Source of the DNA: Microcoleus sp.
Lineage (GTDB): Bacteria; Cyanobacteriota; Cyanobacteriia; Cyanobacteriales; Microcoleaceae
DNA: 64,000 bases
Assembly: GCA_052279835.1 (NCBI GenBank)
Contig: CP181291.1
Span: forward strand, 5,568,001 to 5,632,000
Reading direction: 5' to 3'
This document shows, one piece after another, positions 42,356 through 52,214 of this stretch; within the stretch, counting starts at the first letter, position 1; every line of letters starts with the position of its first letter. Position numbers and translations under genes: made by a program. The notes under the pieces were generated by a model that worked only from the letters and a program-made list of their open reading frames with translations, did not search any database and had not been told where the DNA came from.

Positions 42356-42428
42356 GGGGAATTAGCTCAGTTGGTAGAGCGCTGCGATCGCACCGCAGAG
42401 GCCAGCGGTTCAAGTCCGCTATTCTCCA
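42356..42428 (+). tRNA. tRNA-Ala (CGC)
   Basis: GGGGAAT/ATTCTCC-A acceptor stem with G3:U70; anticodon arm CTGCG-ATCGCAC-CGCAG. Confidence 0.92.
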
Positions 42429-42495
42429 TAAATTTAGATTCAATATTTCAACTTGTTGCTTCTGACTTGTGAGTGATTCCTGGTATGAGACATTT

Positions 42496-42538
42496 TGTAT
42501 CGCAACATACAACATCCCTGGGAACCCAGGATTAATAT
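42496..42538 (+). promoter_or_regulatory. NtcA-activated promoter of the urt operon
   Basis: TGTA-tcgcaaca-TACA at 42496-42511; TAATAT -10 starts 22 nt after the TAC. Confidence 0.85.
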
Positions 42539-42691
42539 AGAGCCGCGATGTGATAGGATTTTTACTCGTCTAACTTATAAAAATTTCGCCCCCAAAACCC
42601 TAGGAATAGGGAGATTAAGGGTGCAAATTGTCAAAAATCCCCGCCTTAGCGTCACCGGGAAGTGTCAAATATTCAGGAGTAACCAAAAAAA

Positions 42692-44014
42692 ATGACTAAG
42701 CGATTCGATCGGCGGAAGTTTCTTTTATACAGTTCTGCAACCCTCACATCCAGTTTATTTCTAAAAGCTTGTAGAACACCAAGCCCAACAGCAACTCCCC
42801 AAGCTTCAGCTTCTCCCACTACCACACCCGGTTCGCCAGCCAGCAGCGGCAACACCATCAAAGTAGGTATTTTGCACTCATTAAGCGGCACGATGTCAAT
42901 TAGTGAAAATAGTGTGGTCGATGCTGAAAAATTAGCAATTGAAGAAATAAATAAAGCTGGTGGCGTTCTCGGAAAACAAATAGAAGCAGTAGTAGAAGAC
43001 GGCAATTCAGACTGGCCAACTTTTGCAGAAAAAGCCAAAAAATTGATCGACCAAGACAAAGTTGTCACTGTCTTCGGCTGCTGGACTTCCGCCAGTCGCA
43101 AAGCAGTATTGCCAGTATTTGAAGAAAAAAATCATATGCTGTGGTATCCCGTACAATACGAGGGTCAAGAATGTTCCAAGAATATTTTCTATACCGGGGC
43201 AGCGCCAAACCAGCAAATCGAACCAGCAGTTGACTGGCTGCTAGAAAATAAAGGCAAAAAATTCTTTTTAGTGGGGTCCGACTACGTTTTTCCGCGCACA
43301 GCAAATACGATTATCAAAGCACAGCTAGCAGCCAAAGGTGGCGAATTAGTTGGGGAAGATTACATTCCTTTGGGTGGTACAGAAGTAACCCCAATTATTA
43401 CCAAAATCAAGGCTGCTTTACCTGACGGTGGCGTCATATTCAATTCCCTAAACGGCGACAGCAACGTGGCATTTTTCAAAGGCCTACAGGGTGCAGGTTT
43501 GGGACCGGATAAGTATCCGTCGATGTCGGTCAGTATTGCTGAAGAAGAAGTAAAGGCGATCGGTGTAGAATATCTCAAAGGTCACTATGCAGCCTGGAAT
43601 TACTTCATGACTGTCGAATCTCCCGCAAATACAAAATTTGTGGAAGCTTTCAAGGCTAAATACGGCAAAGATAGAGTAACCAATGACCCGATGGAAGCAG
43701 CTTACATCATGGTTTACCTCTGGAAGCAAGCAGTCGAAAAAGCAGGGACAGCAGACGATTTAGACAAAGTGCGGGCGGCAGCTTTGGGTCAAACTTTTGA
43801 CGCACCAGGAGGTAAAGTAACCCTGGAGACCAACCATCACCTATCGAAATTTGTGCGGTTAGGCGAAGTGAGAGAAGACGGTTTGTTTAAGATAGCTTTT
43901 GCTACCCCAGAAGCAGTGAAACCAATTCCTTGGAATCAATTTGTAGCAGAAACTAAAGGTTTTTCCTGCGATTGGTCTGACCCCGCCAAAGGAGGCAAAT
44001 TTAAAGCCACCTAA
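42692..44014 (+). CDS. urtA: Urea ABC transporter substrate-binding protein
   Basis: Tat/lipoprotein signal; [33 protein letters not shown]. Confidence 0.95.
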   Translation: MTKRFDRRKFLLYSSATLTSSLFLKACRTPSPTATPQASASPTTTPGSPASSGNTIKVGILHSLSGTMSISENSVVDAEKLAIEEINKAGGVLGKQIEAVVEDGNSDWPTFAEKAKKLIDQDKVVTVFGCWTSASRKAVLPVFEEKNHMLWYPVQYEGQECSKNIFYTGAAPNQQIEPAVDWLLENKGKKFFLVGSDYVFPRTANTIIKAQLAAKGGELVGEDYIPLGGTEVTPIITKIKAALPDGGVIFNSLNGDSNVAFFKGLQGAGLGPDKYPSMSVSIAEEEVKAIGVEYLKGHYAAWNYFMTVESPANTKFVEAFKAKYGKDRVTNDPMEAAYIMVYLWKQAVEKAGTADDLDKVRAAALGQTFDAPGGKVTLETNHHLSKFVRLGEVREDGLFKIAFATPEAVKPIPWNQFVAETKGFSCDWSDPAKGGKFKAT

Positions 44015-44118
44015 GTAGGGAAATCCTAGGGATAGCTTGTGAATTTTACTAATATGTAGGTTTAGTAGCTGCGAGCTATTTGATACAACTTATAGATTGA
44101 CTCTAGGCGATGCAACTT

Positions 44119-44239
44119 GGGAGCATCCCAATTTTGCAGGGGCGAAGCATGACCGCAGATAATTTATGAATTAAAAGCAGAGATTTACTCCGGTCATGCT
44201 TCGCCCCTACCGATATATTTGCAAAAAGGGGATGCTCCC
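44119..44239 (+). mobile_element. ~121-bp MITE copy 3
   Basis: GGGAGCATCCC...GGGATGCTCCC; flanks TGCAACTT/AGCAACTT; internal GGGGCGAAGCATGACC...GGTCATGCTTCGCCCC. Confidence 0.85.
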
Positions 44240-44497
44240 AGCAACTTACTTGCGTCGCCCGATTATGTCTAACACCTATGCACAGGAAATATAGCCTTTC
44301 TCAGTTAGGTGGGTACTAGGTACTAGGTAATGGGTAATGTGTAATGGGGAACCCTCCCTGTCCCCCCAGGGGGGGAAAGGTATAGGGCATTACCTATTAC
44401 CTATTACCTATTACCAATTCTCGATGTGAAATAGGTGACATAATTAAAGATTACCTCTAAAGCCCAAATTTTAGGTCAAAAAATAAGAGGCAAAAAA

Positions 44498-45652
44498 GTG
44501 GAGATATTAGACGGTTTATTTAACGGGATTAGCATCGGTGCTGTTTTGCTGATTGCAGCCTTGGGATTAGCCATTATTTTCGGTCTGATGGGCGTGATTA
44601 ATATGGCTCATGGCGAATTAATGATGCTGGGCGCTTACACAACTTTTGTAGTGCAAAATGTATTCAAAGGTATCGGAGGATTTGCTTTTGAAACCTATAT
44701 TTTATTTGCGATACCCTTAGCTTTTTTAGTGGCGGCACTGGTAGGATTAATTCTGGAACGCGGTGTGATTCGCTATCTGTATGGGCGGCCGCTAGAAACT
44801 TTACTAGCAACTTGGGGCGTAAGCTTAATTTTACAGCAGTTTGTCCGCAGCGTCAGCGGGGTGCTGGTAGCTGGGATAGGGGTGTTTTGTTTACTGTTTT
44901 TTGGCGGTTTGCAGGTACTAAAACGTCGCCCAGATTTCGAGAGAGTTCGTAACGGAATTATCGCGATTCTTTTGCCTCTTTCTTTGGGTATTTCTTGGGC
45001 GGTGAGTGCGTTTTTAGGTGAAACTTACAAACTGGCTGTCACTAAACCTTGGTTTGGTGCTCAAAATGTTGATGTGACAGCACCTGGATGGCTGCGGGGT
45101 GGCATACCTCTGGGCAATTTTCAGTTGCCCTATGCCCGGATTTTTATTATTGTGTTAACGGCGGTTTGTTTGGCGGGAATTTACTTATTTTTGCAAAAAT
45201 CTGTGTGGGGGCTTCGGATTCGCTCTGTTACTCAAAATCGCAGCATGAGTGCTTGTTTGGGGATTCCTACGGAGCAAGTAGACGCCCTGACTTTTGCTTT
45301 GGGTTCTGGTTTGGCTGGTGTTGCTGGCTGCGCGATTAGCTTGCTGGGTTCTGTCGGACCAAATACGGGGCAGAATTATGTGGTTGATACTTTTATGGTT
45401 GTGGTTGTGGGCGGTGTTGGTAAGATTGTGGGGACTGTGGTTGCTGCGATCGCGATCGGCACTGCAAATTACCTGATCGGTTCAGGAACCCTAGCAACAA
45501 TCTTGAGTCCTGTCAAGCCTTTAGCTGATTTCTTCACTTTTTTTGCCACTACCAGCATGGCAAAAGTAATGGTATTTGCCTTAATTATGGCTTTTCTACA
45601 AGTGCGCCCAGGAGGGATTTTTCCACAAAAAGGACGCACGGTGGAAAATTGA
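44498..45652 (+). CDS. urtB: Urea ABC transporter permease
   Basis: GLAIIFGLMGVINMAHGE, LYGRPLETLLATWG. Confidence 0.93.
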   Translation: MEILDGLFNGISIGAVLLIAALGLAIIFGLMGVINMAHGELMMLGAYTTFVVQNVFKGIGGFAFETYILFAIPLAFLVAALVGLILERGVIRYLYGRPLETLLATWGVSLILQQFVRSVSGVLVAGIGVFCLLFFGGLQVLKRRPDFERVRNGIIAILLPLSLGISWAVSAFLGETYKLAVTKPWFGAQNVDVTAPGWLRGGIPLGNFQLPYARIFIIVLTAVCLAGIYLFLQKSVWGLRIRSVTQNRSMSACLGIPTEQVDALTFALGSGLAGVAGCAISLLGSVGPNTGQNYVVDTFMVVVVGGVGKIVGTVVAAIAIGTANYLIGSGTLATILSPVKPLADFFTFFATTSMAKVMVFALIMAFLQVRPGGIFPQKGRTVEN

Positions 45653-45681
45653 AAATTTCCCAATCTTAAAGTTGATTAACC

Positions 45682-46824
45682 ATGAATAATTTAACTAGAA
45701 AGGTATGGCTACAAGAAGCAGTGATTGTCGGGGCGATCGCACTTATACTCATATTACTGATCCCAGGCATACTTCCCGATGTTCGCCTCAACCAATTGGG
45801 ACGATTTTTAGCCCTAGCAATTGCAGCACTCGGTATAGATTTAATCTGGGGATACACAGGTTTACTTAGTTTAGGGCATGGCGTATTTTTTGCGATCGGC
45901 GGCTACGCATTTGCCATGTACCTAAAACTGCAAATTCCCCCAACAGCCAGCAGTCAATTGCCAGAATTTATGAACCTATATGGCGTTACCGAACTGCCCT
46001 GGTTTTGGCAACCATTTTATTCCTTCCCCTTCTCAGCACTAGCAGTAATTCTCATCCCCGGCTTACTAGGCGCAATCTTAGGTTACTTAGTATTCCGAAA
46101 TCGGATTCGAGGCGTTTACTTTTCCATTCTCACCCAAGCAGCAACCATCGTATTTTTCAACTTTTTCAACGGCCAACAAAAACTGATTAACGGCACCAAC
46201 GGTTTAACAGACTTTAAAACCATATTTGGAGCCATAGTCAATGACCGAGATACCCAATATATTTTCTACCTTCTTACCATACTATTTCTAGGAGCAACTT
46301 ACGGCCTATGTCGCTGGTTGACAACCGGGCGTTTTGGTCGGCTGCTAATCGCCATTCGCGACGACGAAGTTCGTCTCCGTTTCTCTGGGTACAATCCCAC
46401 AGGATTTAAAGTTTTAGTATTTGCAATTTCAGCAGCTATGGCAGGAATTGCCGGCGCATTATATACTGTACAAACCGGAATTATTTCTCCCAAAGCCATG
46501 GACATTGCCTTTTCAATTGAAATGGTAATTTGGGTAGCAGTAGGAGGTCGCGCCACATTATCTGGAGCCCTATTAGGCACCCTCCTAGTCAACTTTGGCA
46601 AAAGTTTCTTGAGCGAACAATTCCCCGAAGTCTGGCTGTTTTTCCAAGGTGCACTATTCTTAATAGTAGTCACCGTCCTGCCCGATGGCTTAGTCGGATG
46701 GCTCCAACAACAAGGCTTTGACCTAATCCGCAACTTATTCAAAAAACCCAGGTATGTATCTACCTACCCCAGCCTGGAACAAGACCCCGAAGTGCTCCAT
46801 GAAAAAGAAGAACTTGAACAATGA
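45682..46824 (+). CDS. urtC: Urea ABC transporter permease
   Basis: DLIWGYTGLLSLGHG, FSIEMVIWVAVGGR. Confidence 0.93.
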   Translation: MNNLTRKVWLQEAVIVGAIALILILLIPGILPDVRLNQLGRFLALAIAALGIDLIWGYTGLLSLGHGVFFAIGGYAFAMYLKLQIPPTASSQLPEFMNLYGVTELPWFWQPFYSFPFSALAVILIPGLLGAILGYLVFRNRIRGVYFSILTQAATIVFFNFFNGQQKLINGTNGLTDFKTIFGAIVNDRDTQYIFYLLTILFLGATYGLCRWLTTGRFGRLLIAIRDDEVRLRFSGYNPTGFKVLVFAISAAMAGIAGALYTVQTGIISPKAMDIAFSIEMVIWVAVGGRATLSGALLGTLLVNFGKSFLSEQFPEVWLFFQGALFLIVVTVLPDGLVGWLQQQGFDLIRNLFKKPRYVSTYPSLEQDPEVLHEKEELEQ

Positions 46825-46859
46825 TTATGGTAGAGTTTAGGCAAATTTAGAGGCAAAGT

Positions 46860-47579
46860 ATGGCAGATATTATTGACTACAAAATCTACGGCGACGACTT
46901 GCAACTAATTGAAATTGAACTTGACCCCCAAGAAGGTGTTCGGGCTGAAGCTGGAACAATGACATACATGGAAGGCGGCATCGAAATGCAAACTTCTACA
47001 GGTGGCTTATTTCAAGGATTTAAACGGATGTTTACCGGAGCGGGTTTCTTCATCACCACCTTTGTAAACAACGGTAGAAGCAAAGCGAGAGTAGCTTTTG
47101 CAGCCCCCTATCCTGGTAAAGTAATTCCCCTTGATTTAGCTAAACTAGGTGGCAAGTTTCTGTGTCAAAAAGACTCGTTTCTGTGCGCAGCCAACGGCAT
47201 TGAAATTGAGGTGGCATTTACCAAACGACTCGGAGCCGGTTTCTTTGGCGGAGAAGGCTTTATTTTACAAAAATTGCAGGGTGACGGCCTCGCTTTTGTC
47301 CACGCCGGAGGAACCATTGTTGAGAAAAATTTGGGAGTGGGCGAAGTGTTGCGAATAGACACTGGTTGTTTAGTAGCTTTTGCCCCCACAGTGGACTACG
47401 ACATTCAATTTATCGGTGGGTTTAAAAATGCTTTATTTGGAGGTGAAGGCTTGTTTTTGGCTAAGATGACTGGACCTGGTAAAGTGTACATTCAAAGTCT
47501 GCCACTCTCCAAGTTAGCTGAGCGTATTCTGGCGGCGGCTCCTAGTCCTATTTCGAGCAGTTCTAGCAATTTTACTTGA
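46860..47579 (+). CDS. TIGR00266 / AIM24 family protein
   Basis: [63 protein letters not shown]. Confidence 0.88.
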   Translation: MADIIDYKIYGDDLQLIEIELDPQEGVRAEAGTMTYMEGGIEMQTSTGGLFQGFKRMFTGAGFFITTFVNNGRSKARVAFAAPYPGKVIPLDLAKLGGKFLCQKDSFLCAANGIEIEVAFTKRLGAGFFGGEGFILQKLQGDGLAFVHAGGTIVEKNLGVGEVLRIDTGCLVAFAPTVDYDIQFIGGFKNALFGGEGLFLAKMTGPGKVYIQSLPLSKLAERILAAAPSPISSSSSNFT

Positions 47580-47759
47580 AAGAACAAGAACTTTTTATTG
47601 GGTGAGCTAGGGTGCGTCATCCCGCAGATTTTCCGGCTTACTCAGAGACGGTTAAGTGACGCACATTCTCAGAGAAAATTGGCGCTCTGTAAGTAATTCC
47701 GCAGATTTTCCGGCTTGCTAGAGACTGTTAACTAACGCATCCTACGAGGAAAATATACG

Positions 47760-48506
47760 ATGAATGGAAAAGTATTAGAAATCGAAAAATTGACGGTTAG
47801 TTTTGATGGCTTCAAGGCAATTAACGGTTTAACTTTTAGCATGGATGCGGGGGAATTACGGGTAGTAATTGGGCCCAATGGCGCGGGAAAAACCACTTTT
47901 CTAGACGCGATTACCGGGAAGGTGCAGCCCACGGAAGGACGGGTACTGTTTAAAGGTCGGAATTTGCGTGGCTTGTCAGAAGATAGCATTTCACGTTTAG
48001 GAATTGGTCGCAAGTTTCAGACACCGCGAGTGTTCCTGAATTTAACACCTCGCGAAAATTTAGAGTTGTCTTGTAACAGTAATAAAAATGTCTTTCCCAC
48101 GCTGTTCAAGCCAGCCCCTGTCGCGGAAAAACGCACGGTGGCTGGTTTGTTAGAAACTATTGGTTTAGTGAACAAAGCGGATCTTTCGGCTGGTTTGCTT
48201 TCTCATGGCGAAAAGCAGTGGTTAGAAATTGGAATGTTGGTAGCGCAATCTCCTGACTTGTTGTTGGTAGATGAACCTGTGGCGGGTTTGACTGATGAGG
48301 AAACAGCATTAACGGGAGATTTGCTAATTTCTCTGGCCCAAAGTCACTCCGTTTTAGTGATTGAACATGATATGGAGTTTGTGCGGCAAATTGCTCAAAA
48401 GGTAACGGTGCTGCATCAGGGCGCAGTTTTGTGTGAAGGAACTATGGATGAGGTGCAAAATGACGATCGCGTAATAGAGGTATATTTGGGCAAACCAGAA
48501 GAATAG
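47760..48506 (+). CDS. urtD: Urea ABC transporter ATP-binding protein
   Basis: GPNGAGKT, GRKFQTP, LSHGEKQWLEIGM. Confidence 0.93.
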   Translation: MNGKVLEIEKLTVSFDGFKAINGLTFSMDAGELRVVIGPNGAGKTTFLDAITGKVQPTEGRVLFKGRNLRGLSEDSISRLGIGRKFQTPRVFLNLTPRENLELSCNSNKNVFPTLFKPAPVAEKRTVAGLLETIGLVNKADLSAGLLSHGEKQWLEIGMLVAQSPDLLLVDEPVAGLTDEETALTGDLLISLAQSHSVLVIEHDMEFVRQIAQKVTVLHQGAVLCEGTMDEVQNDDRVIEVYLGKPEE

Positions 48507-48508
48507 TC

Positions 48509-48694
48509 ATATCAAATCCTCTCTTCTCTTCCTTCGCGCCCTTTGCGCCTTCGCGGTTAAATCATTCCAATACAACAGGAATTGATATCATATCAAATTC
48601 GGTAGCATCGTCCTGTATTAAACACTCTCTTCTCTTCCTTCGCGCCCTTTGCGCCTTCGCGGTTAAATCATTCCAATACAACAGGAATTGATAT
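48509..48694. repeat. Tandem pair of ATATCAAAT...GGAATTGATAT MITE-like units
   Basis: Core CTCTCTTCTCTTCCTTCGCGCCCTTTGCGCCTTCGCGGTTAAATCATTCCAATACAACAGGAATTGATATCA present twice. Confidence 0.85.
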
Positions 48695-48739
48695 CAGTTG
48701 TCAGTAGCAGCTAACAAATCACAAATAACAAATAACCCT

Positions 48740-49438
48740 ATGCTACAAGTTTCTAATTTAAATGTTTACTATGGTGAAAGTCACATCCTCCGCGATGTCG
48801 ATTTAAGCGTCAAACCTGGGCAAATGGTTTGCTTAATCGGTCGTAATGGTGTGGGCAAAACTACCATGCTAAAAACTTTAATGGGTTTGCTGCAACCTCG
48901 CAGTGGCACTATTAATTTTGGAGGCCAATCTATTGTTTCTAAGTTGACTCACCAGCGGGCGAAAATGGGTATTGGTTATGTACCTCAAGGACGAGAAATT
49001 ATTCCCCGCTTAACTGTCAAGGAAAATCTCTTGTTAGGTTTGGAAGCAAAATCCACTAGGACTAAAAATCCTGAAGTTCCTGATGAAATATTTGATTTAT
49101 TTCCGGTGCTCAAAACTATGCTCGATCGCCTAGGTGGTGATTTGAGTGGAGGACAGCAGCAACAATTGGCGATTGCGAGAGCTTTGATGGGAGAGCCACA
49201 GTTGCTGGTTTTAGATGAACCAACAGAAGGAATTCAACCATCTATTATTTTAGACATAGAAGCTGCGGTACGTCGCGTGGTGGCGGCTAGGGGCATTTCA
49301 GTTTTGCTGGTGGAACAGCATTTGCATTTTGTGAGGCAAGCTGACTGGTATTATGCAATGCAAAAAGGTGGTATTGTGGCATCGGGAAACACTAGCGAAC
49401 TTAGCGATGAAGTAGTTCAAAGGTTTTTGGCTGTTTGA
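48740..49438 (+). CDS. urtE: Urea ABC transporter ATP-binding protein
   Basis: GRNGVGKTT, LSGGQQQQLAI, LDEPTEGIQP. Confidence 0.93.
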   Translation: MLQVSNLNVYYGESHILRDVDLSVKPGQMVCLIGRNGVGKTTMLKTLMGLLQPRSGTINFGGQSIVSKLTHQRAKMGIGYVPQGREIIPRLTVKENLLLGLEAKSTRTKNPEVPDEIFDLFPVLKTMLDRLGGDLSGGQQQQLAIARALMGEPQLLVLDEPTEGIQPSIILDIEAAVRRVVAARGISVLLVEQHLHFVRQADWYYAMQKGGIVASGNTSELSDEVVQRFLAV

Positions 49439-49500
49439 GTTTCACAAGTCTGGGCCGGCGCGATCGGGCACGGCCTCTAGCGTGAATGAAACCGCCAAGC

Positions 49501-50676
49501 CTACCAAGGACTGACTTGCACGCTGCTACCCGGTACAAAAACTACCCGGAAATCAGCTAGGGGTTCAGCAGGTGGCCTGGTGCCGACAGGCTTGTAAAGC
49601 AACTCAGAAAATAACGCTTCGCCCATTCCATCGACTGTTGGAGAATTCTGTAATTTGTAACCGACAATCGCACCGTCGGTAGCCACACTCACCCGATAAA
49701 CCAACTCCCGTTCCACAGGTGCCTTAGTTTTCAAAACTCCGTCAATTTGGTCTCTCAGTTTGCCATTCAACAGCTCAATTTTTGCCGGATCGGTAATCGG
49801 AACTCCCACCGCCACCTCCTGCAAACCTTCGGCAACAGGTGTGGGACTAACGGATGGCGAAGCATTAGCAATAGAAATGGGACTGGAAGTTGGGCTTGAT
49901 GTTTCACCCGGAGTTTGACTCGGAGTAGATGCCGGCGATATAGCTGACTGAGTGCGATCGTCTGGTAGCAAACCCTCTGCTGCGGGCGTAGGATTGGGAT
50001 TGGGTGTCCCCGCACCCGGATTCGGCGTGCCGATATTCTGGCCCGTAGCATTGGATTGACGCACCGGCTCTCTGGGGCGTTGGACTTCTGGCAGTGGTAC
50101 CAAGAAAAATGCCATCGCAGCCAAAGCCAAACTCGACACCCCCACCGCCGCCGGTAACACCCGCTGCGCTACCGGTTCTGCTGATTTGATATAGCGCTTG
50201 GAAACAGGGGTTAATTGCAGCGATAACTCTGGCAGAGTCTGGGTGTCAGCAAAAAATTGGTCGATCGCTTCTACCAAATCAAATAGCTGCACCGTGGTTA
50301 AATCGATTTCAGCAGAGGGTTGTGTTTTTCGATCGATTTGGGTTCCGCTCTCGGATGTCCCAGCTAGAATGGTCAATCTGTGCAAATTCCCGTCAATTCT
50401 GTGTAATTGCACCAGGGCTGAATCAGGGTCATAGCGATCGGGATAATGGACTCCGCTCATAAATTCTTGAGCGTAGCCGCTGACAACCCTCACCAAGCTT
50501 TCAAAAAAATCCCGTCCCCCCGTTAGGGGCTCGGTGAGACCGCTCAAATAGCATTCAGCACTCATTAGTATCGAAAGCACCGGCCGTATTTCTAACTGGC
50601 TTGCCACGGAGCCATCGCTCAACCCTTCTAGAACTAGGGTGCAATTTGGCAAACTGTACTGACGCCTAATAGTCAT
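49501..50676 (-). CDS. DUF4335 domain-containing protein
   Basis: MTIRRQYSLPNCTL.LEGL N-terminus, TM, Pro-rich linker; coupled to the DUF3038 gene. Confidence 0.75.
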   Translation of the reverse strand: MTIRRQYSLPNCTLVLEGLSDGSVASQLEIRPVLSILMSAECYLSGLTEPLTGGRDFFESLVRVVSGYAQEFMSGVHYPDRYDPDSALVQLHRIDGNLHRLTILAGTSESGTQIDRKTQPSAEIDLTTVQLFDLVEAIDQFFADTQTLPELSLQLTPVSKRYIKSAEPVAQRVLPAAVGVSSLALAAMAFFLVPLPEVQRPREPVRQSNATGQNIGTPNPGAGTPNPNPTPAAEGLLPDDRTQSAISPASTPSQTPGETSSPTSSPISIANASPSVSPTPVAEGLQEVAVGVPITDPAKIELLNGKLRDQIDGVLKTKAPVERELVYRVSVATDGAIVGYKLQNSPTVDGMGEALFSELLYKPVGTRPPAEPLADFRVVFVPGSSVQVSPW

Positions 50677-51281
50677 TACTCAACTTCTCCATCAAACAGA
50701 CTCACCCAAAACCTCTGCATTCCGGCTGTACCAGTACAAAATAGCAGTTTGCTCAACAAGTTCAAAGCTAGTTCGTCCAGCTTCTCGTCGGAGTCGTAAG
50801 CTGCCACTAGCGATCGCTTGGGGTTCATGCGCGATCGAAAGTGAGCTCGAAACCGTTCTAAATACTCCGCCAACGGTAAGTGCTGGTTAAATGGGAGATT
50901 TCTGGAGCGTAACTGTTGGGAGTCTAGCAGCAACTGGCGAATTGTCGCTGTTAGCTTGCGCGCCAAATTGCAGGCGATCGCCACCAGCGCTTTTGCCTCC
51001 AGCGCCGTGAGGGGGCGGCGTTGAGTATAGCGACGCAGGGGGTTAGTATTACGCAGCAGCCACAGGGCAACCCGATTTTTGATAATTCCTGCCAATTCCA
51101 GTTCTTTTGAGACTGCCAGCATTTCTTCCGCACCTCCGAGATACAAGGCTTCGATCGCCAATAACATCAGGTCAATTTGCAATCTGGCGCGGCGTGGACA
51201 TCCGCCATCGGAGGGCGACAAATCTGGCAAACTGTCTAAAATCAAGGGGTTTGACTCGGCAAGCGAAGTTTCTGACGGCAT
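50676..51281 (-). CDS. DUF3038 domain-containing protein
   Basis: IDLMLLAIEAL, NRVALW.LRNTNPLRR, LLFCTGTAGMQRFWVSLFDGE; start uncertain. Confidence 0.75.
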   Translation of the reverse strand: MPSETSLAESNPLILDSLPDLSPSDGGCPRRARLQIDLMLLAIEALYLGGAEEMLAVSKELELAGIIKNRVALWLLRNTNPLRRYTQRRPLTALEAKALVAIACNLARKLTATIRQLLLDSQQLRSRNLPFNQHLPLAEYLERFRAHFRSRMNPKRSLVAAYDSDEKLDELALNLLSKLLFCTGTAGMQRFWVSLFDGEVE

Positions 51282-51486
51282 TACGATCACGGCAACATCT
51301 ATTCCAAACAAACTATACGGGGACGCGGGGTCTCTGGCATGAGAAATTCTCAACTCAGGACTCCTATGAGATACTTTATTTTTATCAATGTTTTCAATCT
51401 AGCAGCAACTGGTCACGGCGATCGACTCCCAGACTTCCATGCTCCCAGGATTACGGACTAGGAAAATGGGGCTACAGGCGCTCAAA

Positions 51487-51999
51487 TCAATGTCCTTGTT
51501 CTTGTTGCTGCTCTTGTTTCTTCACCCTTTGGGCAATAAAATCAGTAGCCACTGCATTTTCAACCAGACTAATTTTTCCTTTCAGGCTTTCTCCCTCCAC
51601 AACTCCTCGCAGTTTCACCAGACTCTTTTGACTACCGTCGCCTGTGGACTTGCCACAACCTGTTAAATTGGGAACCGCACCGGACAAACTCAATCCTTGA
51701 TTTTCCCACTTGCCAGCTAGAGTTGGTTTCTCAGGATTAGTTTTTTGGCGATCGACAGAATTGTTATTTGACTTCAAATTACCACTTAGATAAACACCAG
51801 ATTGCTCAATTGTCAATACCAAATCATCTGATTTGAGACATTTGGGCAAATTTTTAGCATCAAAGCGATAACTTCCGGCAATAGCAGGAGCAGCTTTCAA
51901 ATTAGTTTCTCCGTAGGCAGTTACTACTTTAAACAACAATGCAACTGAGCCGATGGTAATGCCGTAAAATGCCAAGGACTTGAGGTTAAAAACACTCAT
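51487..51999 (-). CDS. Hypothetical membrane-anchored protein
   Basis: 170-aa ORF with N-terminal TM, downstream of the antiporter. Confidence 0.7.
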   Translation of the reverse strand: MSVFNLKSLAFYGITIGSVALLFKVVTAYGETNLKAAPAIAGSYRFDAKNLPKCLKSDDLVLTIEQSGVYLSGNLKSNNNSVDRQKTNPEKPTLAGKWENQGLSLSGAVPNLTGCGKSTGDGSQKSLVKLRGVVEGESLKGKISLVENAVATDFIAQRVKKQEQQQEQGH

Positions 52000-52005
52000 A
52001 ATTTT

Positions 52006-52110
52006 AGGAATTGGGAATTGGGAATTGGGAATTGGGAATTGGGAATTGGGAATTGGGAATTGGGAATGGGGAATTGGGAATTGGGAATTGGGAATTGGGA
52101 ATTGGAATTA
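52006..52110. repeat. STRR heptamer array (GGGAATT)n
   Basis: About 14 units; same unit at 57705-57770 and 61458-61515. Confidence 0.95.
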
Positions 52111-52214
52111 ACACAAATAACCAATAACCCTTCGACCCTTCGACTACGCTCAGGGCGACGCTTCGCGGTTCAGTCAGCGGAGTCGAAGGGCAGGGCGACG
52201 CCAATAACAACTAA

